Notes: generated by a model not told the origin, from the letters alone. DNA of 64,000 bases from Octopus sinensis (GCF_006345805.1 NC_043002.1:65286001-65350000); one strand, 5' to 3'; numbered from the stretch's first letter, positions 42,338 to 55,309 are shown. Numbers and translations are program-made.

Positions 42338-42444
42338 ATTTCTTACTGATGATTCTAAGGGCCTATGGAAGATTGGCTTGATTTAATTTAATCAGGTTAG
42401 TTTACCATTAAACAGTAGATGAAACGGTGCATCGTATAAGAAAT
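42338..42444 (+). ncRNA. Hammerhead ribozyme H2 (inverted copy), 68-nt stem II
   Basis: AUUUCUUA-CUGAUGA-[68 nt hairpin]-GAAA-CGGUGCAUCG-UA-UAAGAAAU. Confidence 0.87.
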
Positions 42445-42561
42445 TACAGGGTAAATGTTTTTTAATTTTCTCCTGGTTTACGGAATTGATGTTATTTTGC
42501 GGTTGAAGCTTTGGCTGTTATTTCTAGTGGGTGAATGGCCTATTATGGCCGTTCCTTGATT

Positions 42562-42605
<44 letters not shown>

Positions 42606-43613
42606 ATAATATTAGGGAATATGATTCCAAACTTACCGGGGAATAATTCAATTTAGTAATGCTAAATCACATTTCAAAATATATAATATATAGAAATTAG
42701 AGAAGAACCACCATGTAGCAATTCAACAATGATATAATTAAATCATACCATAAAGAAAAAAATTAAAAATACGATAAAACATTTACCTAGAACTAAATTA
42801 AGTACGAAATAATAACTTATATTTTCAAACTGATAACAGTAAAATCAATTCAATTTAAAAATAGTCACTCATCAGGTCCAAGATGAAAACAATAAAATAA
42901 TTAAATAAATGCACGTATATTATCTAATAAGAAAGTATAAATATATAAAAAAATACGTAGTTTTTCAATAAAAAATCGAACAAAAATCCAACAATATATC
43001 TTAAAGCAAAAACACAAAATATCTTATTAAATATATTCTGTTAACTAAAATCTTTAAACTTAATACGTAGGACTTACTGTTTATAATAAATTTATCTCCT
43101 TTAAAACGTGGTGTAAAATAAAACTAGAATAAATAGATATAAATATTTATTTTATCTATGAAAATATATTTAAGCTTGTAGAAGAAAAATAGCAAACTAT
43201 AGTATATCATTACTGTAAAATTAAAATGCAAGCAACTAAAACAAAATAATTAAAACAATATATATATATATTATATATATATATCAAACATAATATACAT
43301 TAAATGAAGCTATATGTAATACGTTAATTCACAAGGTAATAACAATAAAAAAAATAATAAAATAATAAGTAAATAACTATATGTATCGTAACTTATAATT
43401 ATCAAATAACAATAGAGAAATCAATATTTTTACAATAATAATCAAACATAATTCAATTCAATATTCAATAATATTGTGATAAAAGAAACGCATTACTTAT
43501 CTAAGAAAAAATTTTAACTGAATTTTAAACGTAAATCCTAGGCCTTGGCGTTTATAAAAAATTTAACTCGTGAAGACGTTGCGTAAATAACAAAAATATA
43601 ATAAAGGTATAGA

Positions 43614-43947
43614 ATTATGTATTATATTAATGAAAATGACGAAAGATATTTAAGCTTCTAGGATCGGAGAATAAGAGAACAAAATTCAAAACTATAAATT
43701 ACTAATTGCTGGAAGATTTAAAGTCACAATAATTTATACTAAAATACATAATTTAATGAATATCTATTAATCATAGTAATATAAATTGATTTAACTATAT
43801 TATCTATATTTTACGTATTTTAGTATTAATTATTCGGACTTTAAATCTTCCAGCAATTAGTAAATTATAGTTTTGTATTTATTCTCTCATTCACTGATTG
43901 TAGAAGCTTAAATATCTTTCGTCATTTTCATATATATTATACATAAT
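43614..43947. repeat. Inverted repeat, ~110-bp arms
   Basis: 43614-43724 vs 43838-43947. Confidence 0.85.
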
Positions 43948-44212
43948 AAATGGCTTCTGTGCAGAAACCGCGAAAGAAATTGAAAATAAACTATAATTTT
44001 CTGTATTGAGCGTAAGTAACTTTATGCTATTTAGCACTGGTACATGAAAGTGCTTCACAAAACATCTTTGATGAGAATTTAAAGCAAAATAAAATTGTTC
44101 GGTGTCAACTTCATTGCGATATACTAAATATTGTACGTTTTCTTTAAGACAGAAGCTAAATTCAAAACTGCTAGAAAGTGTCTTGATTAAACACACAATA
44201 TACTACTTCATG

Positions 44213-44405
44213 TCAGAATTGTTGACACGCCGGGCATTATGCTTAGCGACATCTTTACGTTCTAAGTTCGAATTCTGCAGAAGGTTGACTTTGCGTTTCG
44301 TCCCTTCGGGGGCGATAAATTAAAATGTATTTGGCGACTGTGATCGATGTAATTGCCTTATCCCCTCTCCGAAATTGCTGATCTTATTTTAAAAAATAGA
44401 TACCA
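44213..44405 (+). mobile_element. SINE family C
   Basis: CACGCCGGGC..AAGTTCGAATTC..GACTTTGCG. Confidence 0.7.
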
Positions 44406-44439
44406 ATATATGTATATTTATGTATGCTTATATACATAA

Positions 44440-44608
44440 GGGACGCCAGTCCATCGCAGCGTTACTCATTTTTGCCAGCGGAGTGGACTGGAGCAACGTG
44501 AAATGAAGTGTTTTACTCAAGAACATAACGCGTCACCCGGGCAAGGAATCGAAACCACAACCTTACGATCATGGTGCTGACACCCTAACCACTAAGCCAC
44601 GCGCCTCC
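44440..44608 (-). mobile_element. tRNA-head SINE with CORE-like segment
   Basis: Minus GGAGGCGCGTGGCTTAGTGGTTAGGG..GGTTTCGATTCC. Confidence 0.8.
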
Positions 44609-44639
44609 CCACACACAAACATATATATATATATATGTT

Positions 44640-44681
<42 letters not shown>

Positions 44682-45451
44682 ATATATATATAAGTCAACA
44701 TCATTGACATTTTTTCTATAAGAGAGAAACGACAAACACTTGTCAAAGTGTTTTTCTTTTGCCCTAGTAACCACAGCTTTTGAGATAGGGATTTCTAGCC
44801 CACTCACATCCTCGCCTTTGTTTACATGTTCCTGTAAATTTTAGAGCGAATCCGACGGGATCTAGTGCCCTTTAACCCGGTCCAATGCCAAGACTAGACA
44901 AACAAACTTTTCGCATTTCAGATTTGTAGATATTGATATATTCATATATATGGGTACTGGATCTCACCAACAGTAAACAGCATGAAATACGAGAACAATG
45001 AGTTCAATACGCAAACAACGAGAGAAACAAATGGAAAACAGGACAAGTAACATAAAGAATGACCCTTCGTTAGTTGTCAGCTGTCTATCTACCCCTCATT
45101 CCGAGTACTGATATATACATTTATACATATACATATACGCATGTATGTAATGTTATAATACTCACATACACACACACATATACACATATATCTATTAAGT
45201 TAGACATGGCCTGGGCAAGTACTGGGCAAAACCTATCAAAAATATCGAAGTATATTTACACACAGCAGAATCAAAGAGGAAGAAACAGAGATTGTTGGAA
45301 GGCAAGCAGAAAACTAGAAACGGAAATTCACAGCAGAAACCATTTAGATTGAATCTCTGAGAAGTCACGAGGTATATATAGTTTTTTTGGTTTTTATTTT
45401 TTGATTTATTAAATTATATCTATTTTTATTATTTCATCGTTATTCTTAATC

Positions 45452-45871
45452 TCTTTTACTCTTTTACTCATTTACGTGTTTCAGTCATTTGACTGCGGCC
45501 ATGCTGGAGCATCGCATTTAGTCAAGCAAATCGCCCCCCCCCCGGAACTTATTCTTTGTAAGCCTAGTAGTTATTCTATTGGTCTCTTTCTCGAACCGCT
45601 AGGTGACAGGGACATAAACACATCAGCATCGGTTGCCAAGAAATGCTAGGGGGACAAACACGGACACACACACAGACACATATATATATATATAAACATA
45701 TATAAACATATATACGACGGGCTTCTTTCAGTTTTCGTCTACCAAATCCACTCGCAAGGCTTTGGTCGGCCCGGGGCTATAGTAGAAGACACTTGCCCAA
45801 GGTGCCACGCAGTGGGACTGAACCCGGAACCATGTGGTTGGTAAGCAACCTACGTACTACATAGCCACTCT
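45452..45871 (-). mobile_element. SINE family A
   Basis: Reverse complement of 31478-31877. Confidence 0.9.
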
Positions 45872-45872
45872 C

Positions 45873-46302
45873 CTAGGTTTAATTCCTTATGTTTTTAGAA
45901 CTATTAGACATTTAGCTATATCTTTTTCGCTTTCTTTCCCTTTATGATTCAAATTAATTACATCATCTTATTATAACAATAGATATCCATCTCTTGTATG
46001 TCTCTTACCTTCAGGTACTCCCTCATTTTAAATCCCCTTTTTACCATGAAATTATAAGCATTAGAGTCCAACTCTTAACTTAAGCAATTCGAATTGCTGC
46101 TAGCATTAGAGCGGGTCACATTATTTTAACCTTCATTGGTGATTTTCTATCATTTTCATTAATTAATACCTCTATTATTACGACATCAATTGTTTTATTT
46201 ATTCAAAATGGTTATTTTATTTTCGAAATTGGTATTGCCATTATTCAAGGTTACATTTTCTTTTATTAATCACTTTATCTTCTGATAACCATCAATCTAT
46301 AA
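45873..46302 (+). pseudogene. ATP6: NUMT: mitochondrial ATP synthase F0 subunit 6, C-terminal part
   Basis: Invertebrate mt code: LGLIPYVFST.SHL..LLPSGTP..AIRIAASISAGHII..FEIGIAIIQGYIF; stops and indels. Confidence 0.88.
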
Positions 46303-46482
46303 AATTTAAACTTCATATATACTCACCCAAAGATACATATTATCACTTCTGAGAAGGAAAGAGGGATATGTACGACGTTTATGCATAAGATAATATTATG
46401 CATAAAGATATGAATAAGGTTCAAGCAAATTAACCCAACTGTGTTAGATAGCCTACATAATATCTGTTAAGTAGAGAGGTAT

Positions 46483-46795
46483 GTGGAGGTGCAATGGCTC
46501 AGTGGCTAGGGCAGCGGCCTCGCGGTCGGAGGATCGCGGTTTCGATTTCCAAACCGGACGTTGTGTGTGTTTATTGAGCAAAACACCTAAAGTTCCACGA
46601 GGCTCCGGCAGGGAGTGGTGGCCACTCCTGTTGTACTCTTTCGCCCTAAATTTCTCTCACTTTTTCTTCCTGTTTCTTGAGTAATGCTGCAATGGACTGG
46701 CGTCTCGTCCAACTGGGGGGAACACATATGCCATAGAAACCGGGAAACTGGGCCTATGAGCCTGGCTACGCTTGAAAAGGGCGCATAAATAAAAA
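46483..46795 (+). mobile_element. SINE family B
   Basis: tRNA-like head TGGCTCAGTGG..GGTTTCGATTTCC. Confidence 0.88.
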
Positions 46796-47878
46796 TTAAA
46801 GAGGGGTATATTAATCCGGCGAAAAATGTTCTCCAATTTTTGAATGTGTAGCATGAGGAGCGCGTCGAATAAAACCACAAAATTCACATAGAAAATGAAT
46901 ATAAAATTGCCGACGTTTTGGGAAACAAATAAGGAAATTTGCGTACAATGTGCAGAAGACTGAACTACTAGTAACTCCTGCTGGTGCTTGTTGCTTATTG
47001 GGTAATTCCTCCCCAAACAAGACAGATTTATATCAAGTTGACAGCTAACAAGTTATATTTTAAACATTAAATGTAACAATGCAGCCCAAAAATATATACA
47101 CTCAGGACCACACACGATCGCACAGACGTGCACGATGTCTGGGGCACAAACACACACACCTGTTTACGTTTCTGCGTGAGTGTTTGCATATATGTATGTA
47201 TATGCTTGTATTTATATGTACGTATATTGTGTGCTGAGATTCTTATCAGATATATTGTTTATTATACATATATATATATACATATATATATATGTACATA
47301 TATATATATATGTATGTACGTGTGTATGCGTGTGTGTATGTATATATATACGGGTACGTATATATGTATATATATATGGGTACGGACATGTTCGCACACA
47401 AAAGCATACACGCACAACATATGTATATCTGTATGAGAGTGTGTGTGTTTGCGTGTGCGCGGAAAGGAGTGTGTGTGCGCGAGCGCGTATTTATGAAAAA
47501 TGCCACTGTTGTTTTCATTATGGAAAAGTTTTGAAGTATGCTGTTTTTATTATTTCAATATTATTATTTTTTACAAAATGTCTCTTCATTTTTTTTTATT
47601 ATGGTTCGTTATACCTCAGTCATATTAATACATAATTTTCTTGTTTTTTTTTCTTCCGATTGAGACAAAAACACAGGACTCCAAAAAAAACACAGTGCTC
47701 AAAAAATAAAAACAGACATACACACACTTACACACATACACACGCGCACACACATACACACACACACATACGCACACGCACACACACACTCAGAAACACG
47801 CACAGGATAACTGGTTTACGCGCTGACAGATAATAAGAGACATATGTATGTGTCTAAGCACATATGTATTCATGTATA

Positions 47879-47947
<69 letters not shown>

Positions 47948-47949
47948 CA

Positions 47950-47993
<44 letters not shown>

Positions 47994-48122
47994 TCATGTA
48001 TGTATTTACGTATGGATGTATTGATATATGTATAGAGCTACGCTTAATGAAGTATGTGTATTTATTATTTGATTGTACAATGAACTATAGTTGCAACTTG
48101 CTCCGTTATATTGGGAATAATG

Positions 48123-48178
<56 letters not shown>

Positions 48179-48372
48179 TATAACAACAACAATAACGATC
48201 ATATTAATACTCCCTGTCAGATGACATAACATGTACACAAAATATAAATAACAATAGCAGGTGTATTGTGAGCAAAATATCTCATAAACATCATGACACA
48301 CACGACAGAAATTCCAGTCGAAAATACACATACATACACACAAACACACAAACTCATGCATACACGCGCGCG

Positions 48373-48421
<49 letters not shown>

Positions 48422-48427
<6 letters not shown>

Positions 48428-48853
48428 GACAGGTGGGTTAAAAAATGCAATAAAAATTAAGCAGACATGTCTTAAGAAATCGCAAAAAATAATATTAAAT
48501 GAAACAAAATACAAAATATGTTTATTGCGAAGAAGCAAAGTTGACATGTAATCAATAATTTTGATACGAGTGTCAATACAAATATTCATTGGAGATCTTA
48601 GGTGCCTTCTATCACGTCTCTAATCTCAACAACACCAGTGACATCAAGAATAACAAAAGAAACAACAACAGCAGCAGCAGCAACAACAGCAACAACAACT
48701 GAAATAACATCACGACTTTAATGATAACCACTATGGCGACAACAGGGACTGCGGCAATGATTCTTGCAGTTATGCACGTGTATATGATTTCGAATGTGTA
48801 CGTAGTGAATTAATTAGTTAGGGACTCACATATGATAATTGTATATATACATA

Positions 48854-48941
<88 letters not shown>

Positions 48942-49743
48942 GCATACATACATACATACATACATACATTACATATTCGATTCATATATATGTCTAAGTA
49001 TATATATACACATATTTGGCTGGAAAGTGATATTATCGCATTGCAATATTTAAAATGTATGTGTGTATGTATATATATATATATATATTATATATATATA
49101 TAGTAGACAGGTGGGTTAAAAAATGCAATAAAAATTAAGCAGACATGTCTTAAGAAATCGCAAAAAATAATATTAAATGAAACAAAATACAAAATATGTT
49201 TATTGCGAAGAAGCAAAGTTGACATGTAATCAATAATTTTGATACGAGTGTCAATACAAATATTCATTGGAGATCTTAGGTGCCTTCTATCACGTCTCTA
49301 ATCTCAACAACACCAGTGACATCAAGAATAACAAAAGAAACAACAACAGCAGCAGCAGCAACAACAGCAACAACAACTGAAATAACATCACGACTTTAAT
49401 GATAACCACTATGGCGACAACAGGGACTGCGGCAATGATTCTTGCAGTTATGCACGTGTATATGATTTCGAATGTGTACGTAGTGAATTAATTAGTTAGG
49501 GACTCACATATGATAATTGTATATATACATACACACATACACACACACCACACCACACACACACATACACACACACACACAACACACACACACACACCAC
49601 ACACACATATATATATATATGCATACATACATACATACATACATACATTACATATTCGATTCATATATATGTCTAAGTATATATATACACATATTGGCTG
49701 GAAAGTGATATTATCGCATTGCAATATTTAAAATGTATGTGTG

Positions 49744-49750
<7 letters not shown>
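48422..49750. repeat. Near-identical ~680-bp tandem duplication
   Basis: TAGTAGACAGGTGGG... at 48423 and 49101; copies differ mainly in microsatellite lengths. Confidence 0.95.
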
Positions 49751-49820
<70 letters not shown>

Positions 49821-49859
49821 ATATATAAATATATATAATTTATATATATATATGAACAT

Positions 49860-50070
49860 ATTGGTAAAAACGGTAAGATAACAAAAGAAAGAAAGATACC
49901 TCAATATTACGTAAATAGACGGAATTTATCTGTAAATTAATATGTTACCATTATTCAATAGCCAAAATAAAACTCTGAGTTTCGGATGGTGTTGTGGATT
50001 TCCACTTCGGCATCCGAAACGCAGACTTTTATCTTGGCTATTGAATAATGGTAACATTAATTTACAGATA
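49860..50070. mobile_element. Fold-back element with ~60-bp arms
   Basis: TATCTGTAAATTAAT..TTTCGGATG / CATCCGAAA..ATTAATTTACAGATA. Confidence 0.75.
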
Positions 50071-50430
50071 TATATGAACATAGATATAAATGTATGAATA
50101 ATTGGAAATGTATATAAATATGTGTACATTTGTGTATATATACATATATGCATACATATATGCATAGTAGTTACTTACATGTATATTTTCACACACACAC
50201 ACATACTACACGTGTGCCTTTGTCGATGGATTGCCTTAAAATATTTATCAATTAATTTTATGCAACATGAAAATATTTTTACCTGCACGCGCTAATATTC
50301 AAATAGATAGGTAGAGAGGGAGAGACATACCTCTATCGACGATGGAGAGGTCTTTACGTAAATACATGCATTTATACATTCATATAGATAGATAGATAGA
50401 TAGATAGAAAGATAGATAGATAGATAGATA

Positions 50431-50492
50431 TGTTTCTTTATTAGCCACACAGGGCTGCACACAGATAGAACAAATTACAAGGTAGAGCTTTT
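50431..50492 (-). mobile_element. 62-bp extreme 3' fragment of the Tx1-like element in (GATA)n
   Basis: Same terminus as 20495; GATA on both sides. Confidence 0.9.
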
Positions 50493-50512
50493 AGATAGAT
50501 AGATAGATAGAT

Positions 50513-50601
<89 letters not shown>

Positions 50602-50602
50602 C

Positions 50603-50950
50603 GTGGAGGCGCAATGACCCTGTGGTTAGAGCAGCAGACTCGCGGAAGCAGGATTGCAGTTTCGATTCCCAGACCGGGTGTTGTCAGTGTTTATTGAGCG
50701 AAAACACCTAAAGCTCCACAAGGCCCCGACAGGGGTTGGTAGCGAACCCTGCGGCACTCTTTTATCACGACTTCCTCTCACACTTTCTTCCTGTTTCTGC
50801 CGTACCTGTAATTCAAAGGGTCAGCCTTGTCCCACAGAGAACTACGTTAAGAGTACACATGTTTGCGAAGTACTCAACCACTTGTACGTTAATTCCACGT
50901 GCAGGCTGTTCCGTTGATCGAATCAACTGGAACCCTCATCGTCGTAACCG
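50603..50950 (+). mobile_element. SINE family B head with a different tail
   Basis: GGAGGCGCAATGACCC..GACTCGCGG..TTTCGATTCCCAGAC. Confidence 0.85.
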
Positions 50951-52004
50951 AAGATATATATGTACATACGTATTTGTATACATACAAATATGCAATCACA
51001 TGTAGTTATGTGTGTTTGTTTGTGTGCGTTCGTGCATCTATGTATTTGCCTGCGTACCTATATATTTGAAATATATAATACTCTTAAAACAAACACTTAA
51101 GGCACTAAAATATATAAATGAAGGTCAATAAAATTTCTTATGATGTATCATCCCATATAACCTCATTGCTTTTCGAATTTAACTCTCTAAAGCAACATCT
51201 CTTTTTTACTCTTGAATCTACATCTTCTTTTTCGAAAGCTATAAAATATCACTTGAAAGCTTAAGTCTTATCTTTACTATTTTCCTTTAAGCACCACTCT
51301 GTGCCATCTGAGCTACTTTCAATAGATTTCCATCATGTTCATTTCTGTTTTTTTCAAATCTACCATAAACTGTATAACCTTCACTTATCTATTTATTTCC
51401 TGACAAGCCAACAAGAGCTCCTGTACGCGGTTGATTGTTTCACTAGAAATAGCAACCAAACTTTCCAAAATCCGCTCTGTGAATCCCAAATACGGATCCA
51501 CTCTATAATATAAACAGTGCATCTGATGTTATTGAATGTAAGTAGATTAGACTGCAACAGAATATATGTCTGCCTGATGAGATCTTACCTGAATCAAACA
51601 TCAACCTCGTCAATCTAGGTAATGACACTTGACGCCGTGTTTACCCTTACCACATATCACTGTGAGTGACTTTAAGAGAGCCAGACTTGTTGTTTCTGTT
51701 GGAGCCACGTGTCAGTTTTCAAGATATCTTTCTAAATCTGGTCAATCGCAAGCGGTACTGTAAGCATGTAACCCAGTACAAATTGGAGATATGGTCGGGT
51801 CGGCAATCCCACCGAGCTTGCTTGGTGAAGAGGGTGGTTATTGGACACCCTGCGGTACGAAAATTAAAACCCATAAAAAGCGCGAGGGACGCATGGTGGC
51901 CAACGGCCCTTAAACAATGTGTAAATATTTGGGCCTTGATTTTGTGTGTGTGGGAGTGTGTATGCGCACACATACAAACACACACACACACACATATATA
52001 TATA

Positions 52005-52393
52005 TAGTGTAAGAGCAAACGCCCCCCGTCCAATGAACGGTGCTGAGTTGTCAAACATTTAAACTAAATTTTCTCAAAACAACTTGTTCGACTGTCCCAT
52101 AAGCCTCTCCTTTGAGAAACATTGATTTAACCTAAATTTGAGACACTAGCAAAATGAGAAATAAAGATAGACTTTTTTCTATTCCTTGAAAAATGATTTT
52201 ACAAATATACGTTCCCACGGTTTTATCGATCGCATTCTCACCTGGAATCTATTTTTGTAATTTTTTCAAGACTTATACACGCCCTGATACCGTCGGTATC
52301 TACATATCAAATTTGAGCACAATCGGATGTAGGGTGCCCGAAAACCTAGAAGACACACACAGAGACAGACTGAACGGATTTTATATAATAGAT
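52005..52393 (+). mobile_element. Possible non-autonomous Helentron/HINE-like element
   Basis: 5' small hairpin CCGT..ACGG, subterminal CA/GACA repeat, end TTTTATATAATAGAT. Confidence 0.4.
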
Positions 52394-54193
52394 ATTTTTA
52401 AGCATCATTTTATATTTATATTATCTTACTCCTTTTTATATTCTTACTTTTATATCCTATTCTATTCCACTTCTTTCTTTTTTTTTTCTCTGCCTATACA
52501 GACGAGTGTGTGAAAGGCTACGGGAGTAAACCTCTACAGAAAATCCAAAGGGATGGCCCCTAACGAAGTTGATGGGTAGGACTGAGCCAAACCATCTTCT
52601 GACAGCTCCTTGTGTACAGATAAAAATTCCGTATGTCGATTCCTCATATGGCGGATAGGGGAAAGGCCTTCAAATATGAAGATTAGCTGTGAATAGAGAA
52701 ATAAAGTCCTGGACCAAACATACCTCGAGGAGTAAACCTCAATGATAAAATATACCAGCCTTGTATTGCAGGAGGTCAGAATGCGGTAAATGCAAGCCTC
52801 AACAAACTCATTCATTGGATCTACGCAATTTCTGCTTCTCTGAAGGAGATTCTCTCTCTATTATTGAAGAAATGTAATCTACAGGATAATTATACGACCC
52901 CTGTCAGTATTAAGTTATTGAAGGCCAGATAATAATAAATAATAACTTCCTATCTCCCTCGCGTCACCCAAGCTGGGCTTATGGCATTCCATGAGCACTG
53001 TCTCTTCGCCTGACTGAAAAGGTTTTTAAAAATTCAGTTTTATGACATTATTATTTTTTTTTTTTTGCATTTCGTGCGAGATGGAGAGACGTAGAGCTAA
53101 GCTACAACAATCTCACCACTGCCCGGAGATTCAAAGCACGTTTTTGATGAAAAGATCATTCAAGTTGCTTTCGTTGGAGGAAGATGGTCACAAGATCAAG
53201 CGTTGAATTTGGTTAGTTATCAGCGAAAGTTTGCTTAATAGGGTCACATTACGTTATGAATGATAATTTAGCCAAAATTTACGAGTGCGTTAGTCCAATG
53301 AATGTCATGTGGAATACGAACTTCTAATTCAGTTGTTTCTTTTTTGCAGTCACATTATGCACACACTGTGCTCTCACAGTGTTAGACCTTGGAGCAGTCA
53401 ATGTCCATAATGTCACACTGATATGTGGATAATACGCGAAATTGTTGTGCATCCTCTCACATAACAATCAACCGTTTAGTTTCTGGTGTACTAAATACAG
53501 AGAATTTCACGTTTGAAACTAGTAACTGCAACAGTGTGTTGTACCAGCAGGAAAGATAAATGTCAGTGGGAATATGAGAAATGTAAGTGTTAGTACATCT
53601 TCCTAAATGATCACAAGCTCTTGATAAAAGAGCAATCGAGTTTTTAGCAATAATCGCAACATGGATGTTGACTCGCTTTTACGCTGTATTTACTAGATTA
53701 AAACGAAGATCATCTAGATTCTATTTAGTGGTATCACACATACTCACACAACACAGACACACTTACACAAACAGACACACACACATACATTCACACTTAC
53801 AAACACATACACAAACACACACATACATGCATATACATATATAAACAGCATGTTAAAGCGTTGTTTATTTTTGAGTGTTTATTATATTGTCTTTTCCAAA
53901 TCCACTACAAAACGAAATTGAGTATGTTATACAGATATACTTGAGGAGTAACAGATTATATAAACATGTGTATGTATAAATATATATATATATGTATATA
54001 TATTATATAAAAAGGGCTTAGTAAAATAAATTACTTTGCCGCATACTGAACTCATTAGAAATAGCAGCTAAAAAACTTTTTTAAAGCTATTTCTAATACT
54101 TAAAGAAAATCTCTCTCATATATAGTGTTTGCTTAATTCAACTCACAAAAGTTTGGGGGTAAGGACATCGAAAAATCAAATGCTAAGGTTATT

Positions 54194-54246
54194 TGAGAAC
54201 GTACGTTTCAAGATTAGTCAAAAACAACACTTCTATCATCAGCTCA
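54194..54246 (-). ncRNA. Hammerhead ribozyme H1
   Basis: UGAG-CUGAUGA..GAAA-CGUACG-UU-CUCA. Confidence 0.78.
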
Positions 54247-54824
54247 GAAATTCCTTGGTTTGGATTTGGAAACACTGAAAATAAGAACATACCCTTTCGA
54301 AGATCTGCTCGTAACTAACAGTGCCAACAAATTCAAAATAAGCAAGCGAAGAATCTCTGTTCTCCCCTTTCCACCAGCGTGGGTTAAAATCATCAAACAC
54401 TATGCTTACTATGCTTTTCGTTAAGTATTAGAAATAGCTTTAAAAAAGTTTTTTAGCTGCTATTTCTAATGAGTTCAGTATGCGGCAAAGTAATTTATTT
54501 TACTAAGCCCTTTTATATAATGTAATAATTTGAATTCGCCTTGAATGGTCCCTTTGCATACTGAACACTTGGTGAAATTGATTAATAATTAATTAATTTT
54601 GCCCTCAATTGTTGAAATTATAATTAATCTCCCTCTGATTAATGCTTCGGATTTTACCGAAATAAGCATAGTGTTTGATGATTTTAACCCACGCTGGTGG
54701 AAAGGGGAGAACAGAGATTCTTCGCTTGCTTATTTTGAATTTGTTGGCACTGTTAGTTACGAGCAGATCTTCGAAAGGGTATGTTCTTATTTTCAGTGTT
54801 TCCAAATCCAAACCAAGGAATTTC

Positions 54825-54877
54825 TGAGCTGATGATAGAAGTGTTGTTTTTGACTAATCTTGAAACGTACGTTCTCA
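54825..54877 (+). ncRNA. Hammerhead ribozyme H1 (inverted copy)
   Basis: UGAG-CUGAUGA..GAAA-CGUACG-UU-CUCA. Confidence 0.78.
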
Positions 54878-55164
54878 AATAACCTTAGCATTTGATTTTT
54901 CGATGTCCTTACCCCCAAACTTTTGTGAGTTGAATTAAGCAAACACTATATATGAGAGAGATTTTCTTTAAGTATTAGAAATAGCTTAAAAAAGTTTTTT
55001 AGCTGCTATTTCTAATGAGTTCAGTATGCGGCAAAGTAATTTATTTTACTAAGCCCTTTTTATATAATGTAATAATTTGAATTCGCCTTGAATGGTCCCT
55101 TTGCATACTGAACACTTGGTGAAATTGATTAATAATTAATTAATTTTGCCCTCAATTGTTGAAA

Positions 55165-55205
<41 letters not shown>

Positions 55206-55277
55206 TGTTTATATATGTATTCATGTATGTATATCTATATATATGTATGCATGTATATATACATATATATATATATA

Positions 55278-55308
<31 letters not shown>

Positions 55309-55309
55309 A

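Larger units (their letters stand above)
40438..42566. mobile_element. Non-coding ~487-bp tandem array (family H2: ~3.3 units) plus ~1 inverted unit, one hammerhead per full unit, in (TA)n
   Basis: Units start at 40438, 40921, 41410 and 41897; inversion at ~42061. Confidence 0.9.
54003..55168. mobile_element. Family H1 locus: ~0.7 unit forward then ~1.4 units inverted, in (TA)n
   Basis: Homologous to 249-1047; orientation switch at ~54406-54421. Confidence 0.9.

Noticed and set aside
42810-42880. Minus-strand CTGATGA..GAAA
   Set aside because: Stem III and cleavage triplet are not intact
51575-51612. CTGATGA-GAT..ATC-AAAC
   Set aside because: Lacks G12 and stem I/III pairing
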